Assembly (NCBI RefSeq): GCF_004010195.1
Contig: NC_057718.1
Location: 102,634,315-102,687,211, forward strand
DNA length: 52,897 bases
Direction: 5' to 3'
Source of the DNA: Chiloscyllium plagiosum
Lineage: Eukaryota
Each line of letters opens with the position of its first letter. Position 1 is the stretch's first letter. The translations under genes and the position numbers were made by a program. Positions 1 through 11,769 of this stretch are shown in pieces. The notes beneath the pieces are model-generated. The model was not told the DNA's origin, searched no databases, and saw only the letters and a program-made list of their open reading frames with translations.

Positions 1-447
1 GGTCTAACATATGAGGAATGGCTGAGGATCCTGGGATTGTATTCATTGGAGTTTAGAAGATTAAGGGGAGATCTAATAGAAACTTACAAGATAATACATG
101 GCTTGGAGAGGGTGGATGCTAGGAAATTGTTTCCTTTAGGCAAGGAGACTAGGACCCATGGACACAGCCTTAGAATTAGAGGGGGTAAATTCAGAACAGA
201 AATGCGGAGACATTTCTTCAGCCAGAGAGTGGTGGGCCTGTGGAACTCATTGCCACAGAGTGCAGTGGAGGCTGGGACGCTAAATGTCTCCAAGACAGAA
301 ATTGATAAATTCTTGATGTCACAAGGAATTAAGGGCTACGGGGAGAATGCGGGTAAGTGGAGTTGAAATGCCCATCAGCCACGATTGAATGGTGGAGTGG
401 ACTCGATGGGTCGAATGGCCTTACTTCCGCTCCTATGTCTTATGGTC
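1..447 (+). mobile_element. CR1 (HER1-like) LINE 3' end
   Basis: YSLEFRRLRGDLIETYKI...FFSQRVVGLWNSLP; tail cctatgtcttatggtc. Confidence 0.9.
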
Positions 448-611
448 TTCTAGTATGAGATGAAGCTACCTAGAATCCCAAAAAAAAGATAGCGAGAAGT
501 TCCACAGGTGTGTAAAAAGCAAATGAGTAAGTAAAATGACAGCTAAATAAGTGTCATATCAGACTCAGAATATTAACTCTCTCCTCAAAGCTGCTGCCTG
601 ACTTAAATACA

Positions 612-800
612 GACTGAAAGAACCGTGGATGCTGTAAATCAGAACCAAAAATAGAAATTGCTGGAAAAGCTCAGCAAGTCTGGCAGCAATCAGAGTTAAT
701 GTTTTGGGTCCAGTGACCCTTCCTCAGAACCTGAGGAGTTACTCCAAAATTTCCATTTTTATTTCAGATTTCCAGCTTCTCCAGTATTTTGCTTTTATTT
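612..800. mobile_element. PLE pLTR remnant (third variant) with decayed hammerhead on -
   Basis: Reverse complement ctgaggaagggtcactggacccaaaacattaactctg. Confidence 0.6.
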
Positions 801-1328
801 AAGTAAAATAAGCCTAGACCCTCTAGAGAATAAATATATAAGGACATGTTGGATGAAAGGAACAAGTAGAGTGCTTGTCTTCACTATAGAAGTTACCAAA
901 AAAATCCCAATAATAGCTCTTAATCAGGAGATTGAAGAGAGAAAGGAATATAATGGAATTACCATCACCAGGTAAATGGTATGAAGCAAACTGATGGAAG
1001 GTGTGGGCTGACAAGTCCTTAGGTCCAGAAGAACTTCATTTTAGGGTCTTAAATGAAATCGCTGATGAGATAGTAAATGTGATGGTGACAATTTTCCAAA
1101 ATTCTCTTAATTTAGGAAAAGTTCAAATGAACTCACAGTAGAAAATATCTAATCAAAGAGGGTGCGAGGCAGAATGGACTTGAAGCGTTAACTCTGTTTC
1201 TCTCTTCACAAAACGCTGCCAAAATTGCTGAGTTTTTCCAGCACTTTCTGCTTTTATTGCTGGAGGTCGATTTGCAATTTCTGGAAACTCCAGGCTAACC
1301 TTGGTGGCTTGGCAGCCTTTACAAATGG

Positions 1329-1509
1329 AAAAGTGTGGTGCTGGAAAAGCACAGTCGCATAGTGTGGTGTGAGAAAAGCACAGCCGGTCAGGCAGCGTCC
1401 CGAGGTATCCATCTGGAACTCCTGCTCCTCGGATGCTGCCTGACCTGCTGTGCTTTTCCAGCAACACACTATCCAACTCTGAACAACTGCAGTCCTCACT
1501 TTCCCTTCT
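1329..1509. mobile_element. Short fold-back PLE pLTR remnant
   Basis: gaaaagcacagccggtcaggcagc / gctgcctgacctgctgtgcttttc inverted arms. Imperfect 15 bp TSD agcc(t/c)ttac(a/g)aatgg at 1314-1328 and 1510-1524. Confidence 0.7.
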
Positions 1510-1708
1510 AGCCCTTACGAATGGGTGAGTTGAGAGCAATGGAGTGGAAAGGGGACGAAGGAAATTTGTCCTCTCTCCACTAATGCTGCGATCTCCAGCA
1601 TTTGCTGTTTTCAAGTACAGAACAGCTGGCCCGAATGGCTTCGCCCACGTGGTTTGAGTACTCGGATACAGGCAGCTCGGGTAATTGCGCCTGCGCTGAG
1701 GGGGCAAC

Positions 1709-2486
1709 CACTCCCTCCGCGACTCCCTTGTCAGATCCACACCCCCCACCAACCCAACCTCCACTCCCGGCACCTTCCCTTGCAACCGCAGGAGGTGCAA
1801 CACTTGCGCCCACACCTCCCCCCTCACTTCCCTCCAAGGCCCCAAAGGAAACTTCCATACCCGCCACAGATTCACCTGCACCTCCACCCACATCATCTAC
1901 TGCATCCGCTGCAGCCGGTCTGGCCTCCTCTATATTGGGGAGACACGCCGCCTACTTGCGGAGCGATTCAGAGAGCACCTCTGGGCCACCCGGACGAACC
2001 AACCCAACCAACCTGTGGCACAGCATTTCAACTCCCCCTCCCACTCCACCGAGGATATGCAGGTCATTGGACTCATCCACCGCCAAACCACAACAACCCG
2101 ACGGTCGGAGGAGGAGCGTCTTATCTTCCGACTGGGAACACTCCAACCGCAGGGGATGAACTTGGACTTCACCAGTTTCTTCATCCCCCCTCCCCCCACC
2201 TTGTCTCAGCCGGATCCCTCCAGCCCGGCACCGCCCTCCTGACCTGCAGTCTTCTTCTTGACCTCTCCGCCCCCACCCTACTCCGACCTATCACCCTCAC
2301 CTTGACCTCTTTCCACCTATCACATTTCCAACGCCCCTCCTCCAAGTCCCTCCTCCCTACCTCTTATCTTCTCCTGCTGAACACTCTCTGCTCATTCCTG
2401 AAGAAGGGCATGTGCCCGAAACGTCGAATCTTCTGTTCCCTAGATGCTGCCTGACCTGCTGTGCTGTTCCAGCAATAAAGTTTCAA
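1709..2486 (+). mobile_element. 5'-truncated Penelope-like element (Cys-rich linker, GIY-YIG endonuclease and pLTR)
   Basis: Open frame 1709-2242: FPCNRRRCNTC...FTCTSTHIIYCIRCSRSGLLYIGETRRLLAERFREH...LGTLQPQGMN. 13 bp TSD ctgagggggcaac at 1696-1708 and 2487-2499. Confidence 0.92.
2394..2429 (+). ncRNA. Minimal type I hammerhead ribozyme motif (PLE-associated)
   Basis: ATTC-CTGAAGA-A-GGGC-ATGT-GCCC-GAAA-C-GTC-GAAT: stem I ATTC/GAAT, stem II GGGC/GCCC, palindromic ACGT stem III, GUC site at 2425. Confidence 0.8.
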
Positions 2487-2498
2487 CTGAGGGGGCAA

Positions 2499-2670
2499 CG
2501 GCCGTCAGCCCGACGGCACCTGCGCCTGCGCTGCCAGCCCCCGGCCGTCCGAGCGACGGCAATCGCGCCTGCGCTGTCAGCTCCCGGCAGTGAGCCCGAC
2601 GGGCACCTGCGCCTGCGCTGTCAGCCCCCGGCCGTCAGCCCGACGGCAACCGCGCCTGCGCCGTTGACGG
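2499..2670 (+). promoter_or_regulatory. WDR92 CpG-rich promoter: four ~43 bp tandem units, each with GCGCCTGCGC (NRF1-type motif)
   Basis: Unit ~cggccgtcagcccgacggca..cgcgcctgcgctgtcagccc repeated 4 times directly upstream of the ATG. Confidence 0.75.
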
Positions 2671-2684
2671 AGACTGTGGACGCC

Positions 2685-2870
2685 ATGAGTTCGGCGCTGG
2701 AGAAGCCGCAGATCATCGCCCACATCCAGAAATCGCTCAATTACACCGTGTTCGATTGCAAATGGATCCCCTGCAGCGCCAAGTTCGTCTGTATGGGCAA
2801 CTTTCCCCGTGGCACCGGCGTGCTGCAGGTCTACGAGGTGTCGCACGGGGAGTTGGTGCTGGTCAAGGAG
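2685..2870 (+). CDS. WDR92: WDR92/DNAAF10 exon 1 ([16 protein letters not shown]...ELVLVKE)
   Basis: gccATG Kozak context at 2685. Translation matches the recalled vertebrate WDR92 N-terminus ([27 protein letters not shown]). GT donor at 2871; 62 codons. Confidence 0.97.
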
Positions 2871-2915
2871 GTCGGTGGTCAGTCAGGAAAGACCAAGGCT
2901 TCGGGCCTAGACCCT

Positions 2916-2960
2916 GTTGCCTGGTTACTGGCCCGAGGTTGCTATGGTGACGGGGGTAAC
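2916..2960. promoter_or_regulatory. RFX X-box cluster at the start of WDR92 intron 1
   Basis: GTTGCCTGGTTAC (2916-2928), GTTGCTATGGTGAC (2938-2951) and overlapping GTGACGGGGGTAAC; consensus GTNRCC-N0-3-RGYAAC. Confidence 0.7.
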
Positions 2961-3289
2961 TTTGCAAACGCGAGATTTCTTAATAAGTACTTTTTAACAA
3001 TAAGAGAAGGCGCAGTTGTTGGGTTGGTTTTGTACCAAGTTGGTTTAATCTGATGCTCCATTTCTGTCTCCAACCCTTTTCAGACATATGTTCAAATAAA
3101 TCATTAACGCGATGGGCTGAATGGCCTCCTCCCGTCTTGTTTCTGTCCGATTCTATTGTATTAACAATGTGTACAGTGGTCATTCAGTCCATCCAGTGCA
3201 TGCTGATGTTTATGCTGTGCAGATCCAGCTCCTCATTGTTTCACTCCATCAGTTTCCTTCCATTACTGCTGTCAGGTGTGGTTTAGCAG

Positions 3290-3480
3290 GTAGAAGACTC
3301 ACCTCTGAATTGTGTTTAAATTCCACTCCATAGCTTACAAACAAAAATCAAAGCTGACATTCCAGGGCAATACTGAGGGAGAACTGCACTGTTAGAGCTG
3401 TTGTCTTTTGCATGAAACATCAAACTGACACTACCTGCCCAATTAGGTGGATGCAGAAGATCCCAATATTTTGAAGACGT
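3290..3480 (+). mobile_element. Ancient Deu-domain-like SINE remnant (similar remnants ~23000-23360 and ~47300-47670 on -)
   Basis: gtcttttgcatgaaacatcaaactga...aggtggatgcagaagatccc resembles the recalled Deu-domain consensus. Confidence 0.55.
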
Positions 3481-3769
3481 TTATCTAAGATTACAAAGAC
3501 ATCTTGATCAATTGGGTCAATAGGCTGAAAAGTGGTAGATGGAATTTAATTTGGCTAAATGTGAGGCATTGCATTTTGGTAAATGTTGCTGCCTATTCTA
3601 CTCATAGGATAGTAATGTGACAAAAGGTTTAAGGTGACAATTCTCTCTCCTCTCCATTTCTCTCTCGAAATGTTGATGCTGTTTCTGTCTCTGCAGAAGC
3701 TCCCAGACCTGCTGGGTTTTCCCAACACTTTGTGTAGTTTGTTGGAGCACATGGGATTGGGATAATATA

Positions 3770-5085
3770 TGGTTGTAAATTGAGAACTGTCTAGCAATCA
3801 GAAAACAGAGGAATTAGTGGTTAATGCTCCAATGGCAGCCTGTCAGTAGTGCAGTACTGCACTGATCAGTTCTAGGATCACAGCAGTTCACAATCTGTAA
3901 ATGGTTTGGATGAGGGGTCTAAATGTAATATTTCTAGATTTGCTGATGTCACTAAACCAGGTGGGAATATAAGTTGTGAGGAGAATGCAGGAGGGTTTCA
4001 AGGAGACTTGGGCAGGTTAAGTGAAGGGTCTAGAACATGGCAGATGGAATATAATGTGAATAAGTATAAAGTTATGAATTATTGTTAAAAAAAAGTAGAA
4101 AAATGCAATTCCTGTTAATTGTGAGAGGATGGGAAGTGTACCCAAAAGGACCCAGGTATCTTAGTTGCTGCAGGTACAGTAAACAATAAAGAAGTTGAAT
4201 GGTATGTTGGCATTCATTGCAAGGCGATTGAATATTATGTAAAAGTTCTTGCTGTAATTGTATATAGCCTTGGTGAGCCCACATCTACTACAGTATTATG
4301 TTAAGTTTAGATCACTTTAACTAAGAGAAAATAGAAACATTTCAAAAAGAGCAGAAACAGGCCATTCAGCCCTTTGGACCTGCTCTGCCACTCATTATGA
4401 TCGTGGCTGATGATCTGACTCATTAGCCTGTACCTGTTTTTCCTCCATATCCTTTGAATCCTTTAGCCACATGCAACTTCTTGAAATCGTACAATGTTTT
4501 GACCTCGACTGCTTTCTGTGGTAGTAAATTCCGCAGGGTCACCACATCTTGGGTGAAGACATTTCTCCATATGTTGGTGCAAATTGATTTACTTGGTATC
4601 CTTAGACTGTGACCTTGGTTCTAACTCCCCTGCCATCAGGAACTTTGTTCTTGCGTCGATGCTGTCTTCAGTAAGTATACTTGCCATAGAGACGAGATAG
4701 TTTTGCAAACTGAGAGATTGCAGAATCAATGCCTTTATTCTCTTGAATTTCAAAGAATGAGAGATGGTCTAATTGAAATTTATCAAATTTTGATAAGCTG
4801 AATGAGGACAAGATGTTTCTGACTAAGCTGGTAAGGCTAGCATCAAGGGATATAATTTCAAACCAAAGGTTAGGAAATTTATGACTAGGTGAGAAGGGAC
4901 TATTTCACTCAAGGTGGTGAATCTTTGGAATTCTGTACTCCAAAATGCTCTGGGGGGGGGGCAATCCTTGAGTATGTCAAGATGGGAATAGGAATAGCAC
5001 AAGGACATGGCATTAAGGTAGAGGATCAGCCATGATCTAATTGAATGATAGAGTAGCCACAATGGGCTGAATGGCCTATTCCTTG
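3770..5085 (+). mobile_element. Decayed CR1 with an opposite-strand CR1 3' fragment (~4335-4670) nested inside
   Basis: ISRFADVTK, WQMEYNVNK motifs; CR1 tails. Confidence 0.75.
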
Positions 5086-5162
5086 CTGAAATTCTTCTTG
5101 TAATTCAGAATTTAGCTCACTGCCTACTGATTTTCATAATTTGAAAATAAATTTCTTTTCAG

Positions 5163-5263
5163 ATAGAAAAATCAAAACCTTTTAAATGCGGTACCTTTGG
5201 AGCCACCTCTTTACAACAGAGGTACCTGTCAACTGGGGACTTTGATGGAAACCTGCACATGTG
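5163..5263 (+). CDS. WDR92: WDR92 exon 2 ([34 protein letters not shown])
   Basis: ttttcAG acceptor, GTATGT donor, 101 nt, phase 0 to 2; homologous peptide. Confidence 0.96.
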
Positions 5264-6039
5264 GTATGTAGTCAAAACATTGAGAAGCTACTGTTGTAGA
5301 AATTGTAGTCTTGAAGCTGTGATGGGAGTTGATCTGTTCTTAATGGAAGAATTATTGTTGTGAAGACAGTTGAACAGATAAGTAGGATGGTCATTTTTGA
5401 ACGTATTATGGCATCTCGTAGGTCCTTTTAGCAAGGTTTATGTGGCTTCTAAATTTTCTGATGAAAGATGTTTGACTAAATGAAGGGTGGAATTTTCAAA
5501 CCTGGTTTATTACTAATTCATGGATTAAATTGATAATTCCCATTTAATAAATTATGGTTGCATAAGTAATTTTCATGGTGTTGATTAGGATGAGACAGTG
5601 GAATCCTTTTCAAAAACTGCTACACCTTTTCGATCATTCCATATAGTGGTGACAGTAGAACTGTTACATATATTTTTCTTCATATGAGCGCTGATCGTGC
5701 GCTTACCTGGAATACTCCTCAGAATTTTAAAATAGTAAATGCTTTTGTATTTTCTGTTCCATAAAATAGTGTTCTATTTTCCTCCTTCCTCACCACTACC
5801 CTGTATTTGCTAGGGCTTAAATGGTTAAATTATAAAGTCTCGCTGCATGCACTTGGGTTGTATTCCCCTGAATTTGGAAGGTTCAGGGAGTGACCTCACC
5901 AGAATGATCTAGAAGTCATTGGTTGACCCCGTTAATTTGTTTGAGCAGGTTCTTGTAAAACATTTTACGATGGTATAAGTGTTATGTAAATGCAAATTGT
6001 TATGTAGCACATTTTAACAGAGTATGATCTCTTAGACTT

Positions 6040-7330
6040 CACAGGACCATAATAAAGACGTGGTGTAGGATGGGATTTTAACATGACTAAAGGATTAATT
6101 AGCTAGCAAGATGCAGAGAGCAGGGATGCATGCATCGTTTTGCAAGGTGTATACAGTGGAATTCTGCAAGGATCAGTGTTGACACTTAAATTATCTACAA
6201 AGTATGTCAAAGCCTTGGATGTTGGGACCAAATGTATACTAGCTAAATTTGGTTTTGAAACAAAGGCAAGAAAGAGTGCAAGTTGTGAAGATGCTCCTTC
6301 GACAGCACCTTTCCTCTTGAAGGATAACTGCAGATACATGGGAACATCACACCTGCACCCACTCCTTGCCACTTACCATCCTGACTAAGAATTATATCAC
6401 TGTTCCCTTGTGGTTGCTAGGTTAAAATCCTGGAACTCACTTCCTAATGGCTTTGTGTCTCTCCCTATGTTAAATGGATTACAGAGGTGCAAGAAAGCTG
6501 CTTACTACCACTGTCTTGAGGACAGCTAGGGATGGGCAAAAATGCTGCCTGTGCCAGCAATGCCCAGGTCCCACGAGTCAATAAAGAAAAGAGTTCATAT
6601 AGTCTAGTGATATAGATCAAGCAATATAGACAGATTAAGTGAGTAGGCAAAAATTTGGCACAAGGAGTACAATGTAGGAAAATGTGAACTTGTCCACTTT
6701 GGCAGGAAGAATAGGAAAACAGTATACTATTTAAATAGAGGGAGAGATGGCAGAACTCTGCGCTACAGAGGCAGCTGGATATCTTGGTACATGAATCACA
6801 ATAGGTTAATCTTCAGTACAGCAAGTGATTAGGAAGGCAGATGGAATGTTGTTGCTTATTGTGAAGGGAATAGAATATAAAAGTTGGGAAAGTTTAGTGC
6901 AGTCATACAGGACCTAAATGAGACTGCATTGGGAATAAAGTTTTAGCCTCCTGATTTGCAAAAGAATAAAGTTGTATTAGAAGCAGTTCAGAGAAGGTTC
7001 TCTCAACTTATTCTGAAGGTGAAGAATTATGAACAGGATTGGAGTCTATATGAATAAAAGGTAATTTATTGAAACATAACATTCTGAGGAATTTGGTAGG
7101 GTAAATATTAAGAGGATTTTTCCTCTCGTGTAGGAGAATAGGACTAAGAGAGAGAATTTATGAATATTCAAAGGTGAAGAGAAATCATTAATCGCTTCCT
7201 CAGAAAGCAATGGAGGTTGAGTCACAGACTTTATTCAAAGATTTTAGAAAGACAAATGAGTTGAGGATAATGGTGAACAGACAGGAACCATAACCAAATC
7301 AGTCATGCTCTTATCGAATGGAATGTGCTA
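6040..7330 (+). mobile_element. Decayed CR1 interrupted by an L2/CR1-group LINE tail (~6290-6590)
   Basis: SGILQGSVL, AKF motifs; tail gggatgggcaaaaatgctgcctgtgccagc. Confidence 0.65.
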
Positions 7331-9009
7331 GCTTCCTGTTTCAATTAGACAGAAATTGAGACAATCCAAAAGAAAAGTATCTGGAGGGATGATCACATGC
7401 CTGGTCAAAGAGCGAGTGTTTTTGAAGCATTACCCTAAAGGAGGAATGAGGGGTGTGCAGGTTTGGTTTCTACTCCCAAAGCCCAGGCAACTGAAGGCAT
7501 GACTGCCAATGATGGAATGGAGAATATGAGTTCAACAAAAGATCAGGCTTAGGAAACAATGTTCTTAAAGGGTTGAGGGGCTGGAGGAGCTTTATAGTGT
7601 GTATAATGAGGCCACAGTGTGATTTAAACACGAGTCTGAGAATGTTACTGTGGAGTTATGTCTGGACTGGGAGCCAGGACAGAGCAAATATAAGGATGTT
7701 GGAGCCATAGCACTTGTGCGAGATTGGATACAGATGACAGCTTTGGGTGAAATGAAGGTTTAGAGGCTCGGTACAGAGATGCTATTTATTTCAGATGGAG
7801 AATCCAAACAAGTGACTATAATCTTAAAATTGGTGGCAGAACATTTAGGGTTGACATTTCGGAGTGAAAGGAGAGAACAGAAGATAATGGAGACCTGAGA
7901 CTTTTTTCCTAAGCATTGTGAATATTGGATCAGTTGAAATTTTCAAGGACAAGACAGATAGTCTGATCAAGTAAGGATATTTATGGATATGGCTCAAAGA
8001 CACAATATTGGAGTAGAGTTATTGATCAGTCATGACCTGCTTGAGTGCGAGAAGAGATTTGAGTATCTGAACTACTCCTGTTCCTAGATTCCTGATTAGC
8101 TGTATTTTTTTTTAAGTTTTAGCAATAAACACACTCTTAACCTGATAACTTGTAGGAGCACTCTACCGGAGATAGGCAATAAATGCTGGCCTAGCCAGTG
8201 CCAACCACATTGCATGTTCGATTGATTGAAGAAAGATAATGTGTGCCTTTGACATTATAGTGTCTGCAGACTTGTATCTCCATTCCTGGAATGTATGCAC
8301 AGAACTGAATTGAACAAGATAAAGGCATTGAGATCACAACACATACCAGAAGGCTGGGGTAACTTGTGTTACTTGTGCTATCTTAACATACAAATTTGCT
8401 AAATTCGCTTCTATCCCCAGCAACACTTGTAGGACAGTTTATCTTTAAACCAGTAATGTTTTGTTTATTTTGTTAGGCTGACTAATATTTGGCTCAGATC
8501 TTTTATCATTTTTACTTCTGTTTCTTTGGCTGAATGCATCACAAACATTTGTATCATGCAGCTTTTAACAGAGAAGAAAATGTTTGTCTCTTAGCTGCCT
8601 GTGTTTAGTTTTCTTTAACCTCAAGTCGATTAAATAACTCGCCTGATGACCTGCAAACAACCAGTTTCACAGAAGTGGGTACAACAGCAGTTTACTGCCA
8701 TCATGTGACAATACTTTGACAGGAACCTGTTTTTTTAATCATTTCACTCTGAATTAATATTCTATTCCATAACTTAATGTACAATTCTATGACACACTCT
8801 GGAATCTTAATGTTAACTAACCTCATGGTGCAGTTTAAAAAGAAAATTTGTCCAGTAAGCTTTGCACTGCTTACATTTCCAGTCGCTATTTAAATTGCGT
8901 GGTGTCTTCTTATTTTTTATCATCAAGATTGGATAGACTAGATTGCAAACAACCAATGTTGGACATTACAGCAGGTCAGACAGCAAGCTAATGTTTTGAC
9001 TTGCAACGT

Positions 9010-9350
9010 TAGAATCCATACATGTGGGGACAGGCCCTTTGACCCAACAAGTCCACACCGACCCTCTGAAGAGTAACCCTCCCAGACCCATTCTCCCTAC
9101 CCTATATTTACCCTTGACTAATGCACCTAACCTACACATCTCTGGACACTATGGGTAATTTAGCATGGCCAATTGACCTAGCCTGCACATCTTTGGATTG
9201 TGGGAGGAAACCAGAGCACCCAGAGGAAACCCATGCAGACACTAGGAGAATGTGCAAACTCCACCCAGATAGTTGCCCAAGGCTGGAATTGAACCGGGGT
9301 CCTGGTGCTGTGAGGCAGTAGTGCTAACCACTGAGCCACCTTGCCACCCT
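9010..9350 (-). mobile_element. HE1-type tRNA-derived SINE
   Basis: Head ggtggctcagtggttagcactactgcctcacagc, body tgtgtggagtttgcacattctcc. Confidence 0.85.
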
Positions 9351-9889
9351 CTCTCCACGGTTAGCTTGCTCTCTCACCATGGATGCTGTCTGACCTGCTG
9401 TGATTTCCAGCATTGATTGTTTTCAGTACAGATTCCAGAACCTGTAGTAATTTGTTCCTACACTTTGGATAGGCTAGAGTCGTTTCCCTTGGAGCAGTGA
9501 AGTTTGAGAGTGGGCATGATAGAGTTATAAAAGGAAAGGTGGATTGCAAGACACTTTTTCCACTAGTAGATAGTTCAATAACAGGGGGTGAAGATTTAAG
9601 TTAAGAAGTGGAAGACTGAGTGGAAAGTTGAGGAAATTTTACATCTGGAGGGTGGTGGGAATCTTCAACTCACTGCTTGAAAGCATGGTGAGTCAAAGCT
9701 TTTTTCTAATGTTTTAAGCAGTATTTAGTATTCACTTGCATTTCCATTGCGATCTTTATGAAGTATTGTCTGTGCTGTAAATGACTTTGAGTCTGTGTTG
9801 CCAGTAGCTGCAATGTCATTGCACTTTGCCAGATTTATTTTCCAGTGATCTTATGAGCGTTTCTCTCCTTTCTCATCCTCTTTACCTAG

Positions 9890-10020
9890 GAATCTGGAGG
9901 CTCCGGAAATGCCTGTCTATTCTGTAAAAGCGCACAAGGAGATCATAAACAGCATTGATGGTGTAGGAGGCCTGGGAGTTGGGGAAGGAGCTCCAGAATT
10001 GGTTACTGGCAGCAGAGATG
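9890..10020 (+). CDS. WDR92: WDR92 exon 3 ([43 protein letters not shown])
   Basis: Polypyrimidine tract plus ctAG, GTAAAT donor, 131 nt, phases fit. Confidence 0.96.
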
Positions 10021-10711
10021 GTAAATTTCATTCTTGCTCTTGCAACTGTCACCTGCTTTTTTCTGTTGAGATGTGCAATGATTAAACCTGTTGAAATGTT
10101 TATTTCACTGGTTGACCGTGGAAGTCTCTCCAGTGTTGTGAACAGCTAGAACTTTCGTGACTGTTATTGTCGAATCATTAGATATGCGTGCCCTATATAT
10201 TGTGAAACAGAGGAATGCAGACCAGCCATCATTAATCTTCTAGTTGGTGCATTTCAACTTCCTTCCCAGCTTTATTATCAAGCCAGCATTTGCTTGCTTA
10301 GAGTTTGTTTGTGGGACATGGGTTTCTCTGGCTTGACCATCCTTATTTGTTAACTCCTGTTGTCCTGGAGTGAATGGTGCTGAGCTGCCTCCATGAACCA
10401 CTATCTTGCCATGTTGGGTAGCTACACCCACGGTGCTGTTAGGAAAGGAGTTTCTGGATTTTAGTTAAGCGACAGTGAGGAGTGGCAATATAATTCCAAA
10501 TCAGGATGGTGAGTGGCTGGTGGAACTTGTAGGTGGTGGTGTTTCCATGTATCTGCTACACTAGGTGGTAGTGGTCACGGCTTTGGAAGGTGCTGCTGTA
10601 GTTGTGCATTTCTGCTGGAGTATTTGGAATTTTCTACCAGGGACATGCTGTTGCCAACACTTCCCAACAAACCATCTAAAAAGATGTAACTCCTCACACT
10701 TGCAAGAAATT

Positions 10712-11060
10712 TGGGTGGCACGGTGGCTCAGTGGTTAGCACTGCTGCCTCTCAGCACCAGGGACCTGGATTTGATTCCAGCCTCAGGCATCTGTCTGTGT
10801 GGAGATTGCACATACTCCCCGTGTCAGTGTGGGTTTCCGCCCGGTGCTCCAGTTTCCTCCCACAGTCCAAAGATGTGCAGGTTATGTGAATTTGCCATGA
10901 AATTACCCATAATGTCCAGGGATGTGCAGGCTAGGTGAGTTAGCCATGGGAATTGCAAGGTTACAGGGATAGGGAAGGGGGTGGGTCTAGATGGATGCTC
11001 TTTGGAGGGTCAGTGTGGACCGTTGGGCTGAATTGCCTGCATCCACACTGCAATTCTATG
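10712..11060 (+). mobile_element. HE1-type SINE
   Basis: Same head and body consensus. Confidence 0.85.
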
Positions 11061-11295
11061 AAACCACTTGAAACAAATGTGATCAGTTAATTTTTAGACA
11101 GTGTCTGAGATTGTAGTTAGCATACTTTTCAGAGAATAAAATCAGAGACGCAGATGTCAGTGAGAAGTGAATTAAGTTGGATTTGTCCCATAAAGGTCTT
11201 GTATATTGCTGAGTTTTCACTGTAAACGACTTTGAACTTTTGTGTTTATGTATTACCCCATGCAAATGTGATCATGTAGATTGTGTTTTCGAAAG

Positions 11296-11397
11296 GAATG
11301 GTGAAAGTCTGGGACCCAAGGCAAAAAGACACTCCTGTGGCAAACATGCAGCCTGCAGACGGAGATACCAGGAGGGATTGCTGGACCGTGGCATTTG
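11296..11397 (+). CDS. WDR92: WDR92 exon 4 ([34 protein letters not shown])
   Basis: aaAG acceptor, GTATGT donor, 102 nt, phases fit, WD motif. Confidence 0.95.
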
Positions 11398-11769
11398 GTA
11401 TGTTGTAAATATAGTTTTTATGTTGAAATTATCTGTAATGTTTAATAACTACACAAGCAAACAGAATACTATATGAATGAATATTTTACAATGATATTCT
11501 TTCTATTAAAAATGCTTTGTATGGGGGTTAAACTGACAATCATGGGAACAACGAAAGTAAAAATGTTTGTTTCTTGATATGCCTTGACTAAATGATGTGG
11601 TCATCCACTTTAGAGTTTGACGATAAATTTGGTTTTGACTGGATATAGCGGATGTTATATTTGTTCTCTCTGCTTGACTTACATTTCAAGCACCTTGAAC
11701 ATAAAAACGACATTTAGCCACATTAGAACTATTTTTTTATTTTTATAATTAAGCACAACTTGACAAATC

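Noticed and set aside
1153..2454. Long overlapping ORFs (247, 185 and 266 aa) on both strands
   Set aside because: They are alternative frames of the C-rich Penelope insert; the true frame is the GIY-YIG one (1709-2242)
2499..2670. CRISPR-like repeat appearance
   Set aside because: Head-to-tail tandem units without unique spacers, in eukaryotic context with no cas genes
2412..2684. In-frame N-terminal extension of WDR92 from GTG 2412
   Set aside because: It starts inside the PLE and runs through the promoter minisatellite; homology begins at ATG 2685, which has a good Kozak context
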